Source of the DNA: the human T2T-CHM13v2.0 reference genome, Homo sapiens
DNA length: 64,000 nt
Assembly (NCBI RefSeq): GCF_009914755.1
Contig: NC_060930.1
Reading direction: 5' to 3' (one strand)
Position 1 is the first letter of the stretch, and the number at the start of each line of letters is the position of its first letter. Positions 61,872 through 64,000 of the stretch are shown here, piece after piece. The position numbers were made by a program, and so were the translations under genes. The notes under the pieces are model-generated. The model worked only from the letters and a program-made list of their open reading frames with translations. It was not told the origin of the DNA and searched no databases.

Positions 61872-63265
61872 CTAATTTTTATGATTTGAAAAGATAGTCT
61901 CAGAATCAGATTTGACTAAGTCATGATGAAGAGAAAGGTAAAAATCAAGTGGTGAGCCAATGTCCTGGCCTCACCTCTTGGGTTCAGTGAAGTTAGATCA
62001 TTTCACAAATTACACTGTGTCATGTCTGAAAAGTAATGAGGGCTTAATGAGCCCACACAGTTCTTGCCTTTTTTTTTTTTTTTTTGTAGTGGGTGAAATG
62101 TGAACTTGGTTAAGACCTGTATGTCGGCAAATAAGAATTAACTAGCCTTGACTCTAGAAGTTGCAGCTGAATAACCATGATTGAAAATGCAATTACTCTT
62201 TCCCCCTGTGTTTTTTTTTTTTGTTGTGTTTTTTTTTCTTTCCTTCTGAAGCCAAGTATGAGTTGGAGGAAATGTTTGATAAAATTTTCCTGTATTCTCA
62301 GTGGGTTCTCACTGACAGGCTGTTCAAGGAAAATTCAACAAAAATGCCTGCCATACCACGAAGAGGCAAACAGCCAGAGGTATGGTGGACAAGATCTGTC
62401 TTTTAACACTCTGAATTGTATGTATTACATGGTTACTTAAAGCTGTGTCATAACTTGTAACTTTTGTTTTTTTTCTCTCTTTAGAAGGAACTTTCCTCAG
62501 AAGCGTTTCAGATTACTTTAAATTACTTATCAGACCATGCATACTGGGTAAAACTGTCTTTCTTAAGAGCCATTCACGTTTAAAATGTGGACATGGAGCT
62601 CCAACCCCATGCCAGCTGGGTGTTTTAATAGCAGTTTTCTGGTATTTTTCTAGTACTTTATAAGTGAAAGGGGATTCTTGTATTTATTTTGTGATTATTA
62701 TTAGCCCAAATAAAATTTGCCTCTTGCAAAGCACCAGTAGAGAAAATAAATCATTGAACATTGATTGCAGGTCATGAACTGCAGAGCCTATTGGGCAAAA
62801 TATAGGGGATCAAAAGAATGTGAGCCTGGTCTTGCTTGGTAAAAAAGGCATTTACCTTCTAGTCATGAAGGCAGGATTGGAGCTGAGGCCCATCTCCTTC
62901 AGCCACACATTCTTCTTTCAGACATCTCAGCACTCTTGATAATATTCAGCCTTTGTTTATACTCGGTAGAGCCTAGATTTGATTTCCAGGGTTTGTCTTC
63001 CTTCCCTGACCTGAGAGAAAATCACTCCCAAGGCTGCCAGTTGTGGTCTGTAGGTTGTGCACCTGACTGGGACTGTGTAAGGTTGCCCAGTGCCCAGCCT
63101 GCACATCGACACATGTGGGCCCTGACCATTGTGTCCAGATGATTTCTGCCAATCACCAATCTTACTTATTCTGTGTTGATGTCATAGATTTAATACTCAG
63201 AGTTCTAAAGGAGGATGGCCTTACTTTTAACCCCATGTACTAACCATAAAAGATACAAAGTAAAC

Positions 63266-63553
<288 letters not shown>

Positions 63554-64000
63554 AAAGATACAAAGTAAAAAAAAAAAGCAGAAGTTAATTATAAATAGAC
63601 AATAATATACTAAAGATTAACTGACCTGGAAAATGTATCCTCAAACTTTGGGCATAAAACCACAATAGTGAAAATATGCTCTAAGAATCAGAAGTTTTTT
63701 CTTCTCTTACTGGTTTAGTTATTTATTAAGATGCTGACCCTGAGTTATTTAACCTGTTGAAGTCTATAAGAAGGGGAAAAACACCTGGCCTACCTGCTTC
63801 CCTGGGTGTGGTAGACAGAAATGCTGGCAGCATATGTAAGGCCCAGTTTTCTTCATGGACACAGGATGTAGGGGTGGTCTGGGAAGAGCTTCTCGGCGAA
63901 GGAGAGTCTTGAGCTAGTATTAAACTTTGAATCTTGTGTATTAGACTGGGGCTGTTGGAACCCAGGAGCCACATTTCATAACCCTCTCTGCCTCAAATAC

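Overview
Primate genomic DNA, most likely human chr6p12. The repeat content (AluY, THE1, L1PA-type) indicates a primate, and the peptides are recognisable as LRRC1/Lano. Bases 1-~10070 hold the 3' end of LRRC1 on the + strand: a long intron, three final coding exons (5446-5618, 6573-6709, 8583-8741) ending in the class I PDZ-binding motif -TSV, and a ~1.3 kb 3'UTR with three AATAAA signals. The remaining ~54 kb has no credible protein-coding gene. It is dense in interspersed repeats: 16 Alu-family copies, one full-length degenerate L1PA13-16-like element, three THE1 solo LTRs, MER1A, MER5A, MER58, MER47, MER104, LTR33, MLT, MIR and L2. It also has a candidate promoter/first exon at ~15.7-16.07 kb and a candidate internal non-coding exon at ~62.3 kb. 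From recollection, MLIP-related transcripts lie downstream of LRRC1; this is not verifiable from the window. I found no evidence for a new multi-gene system. The most unusual signals are: an LRRC1 splice acceptor with A17 directly before the CAG; a web of short locally copied (templated) fragments linking 16.5, 18.4-19.0, 20.5 and 24.3 kb; a perfect 50-bp tandem duplication over a THE1 junction; a tailless AluY; repeated Alu insertion into the target-site duplications (TSDs) of older elements; and a hairpin cluster at 50.6-50.76 kb. Repeat subfamily names come from remembered consensus sequences, and repeat boundaries without TSDs are approximate.
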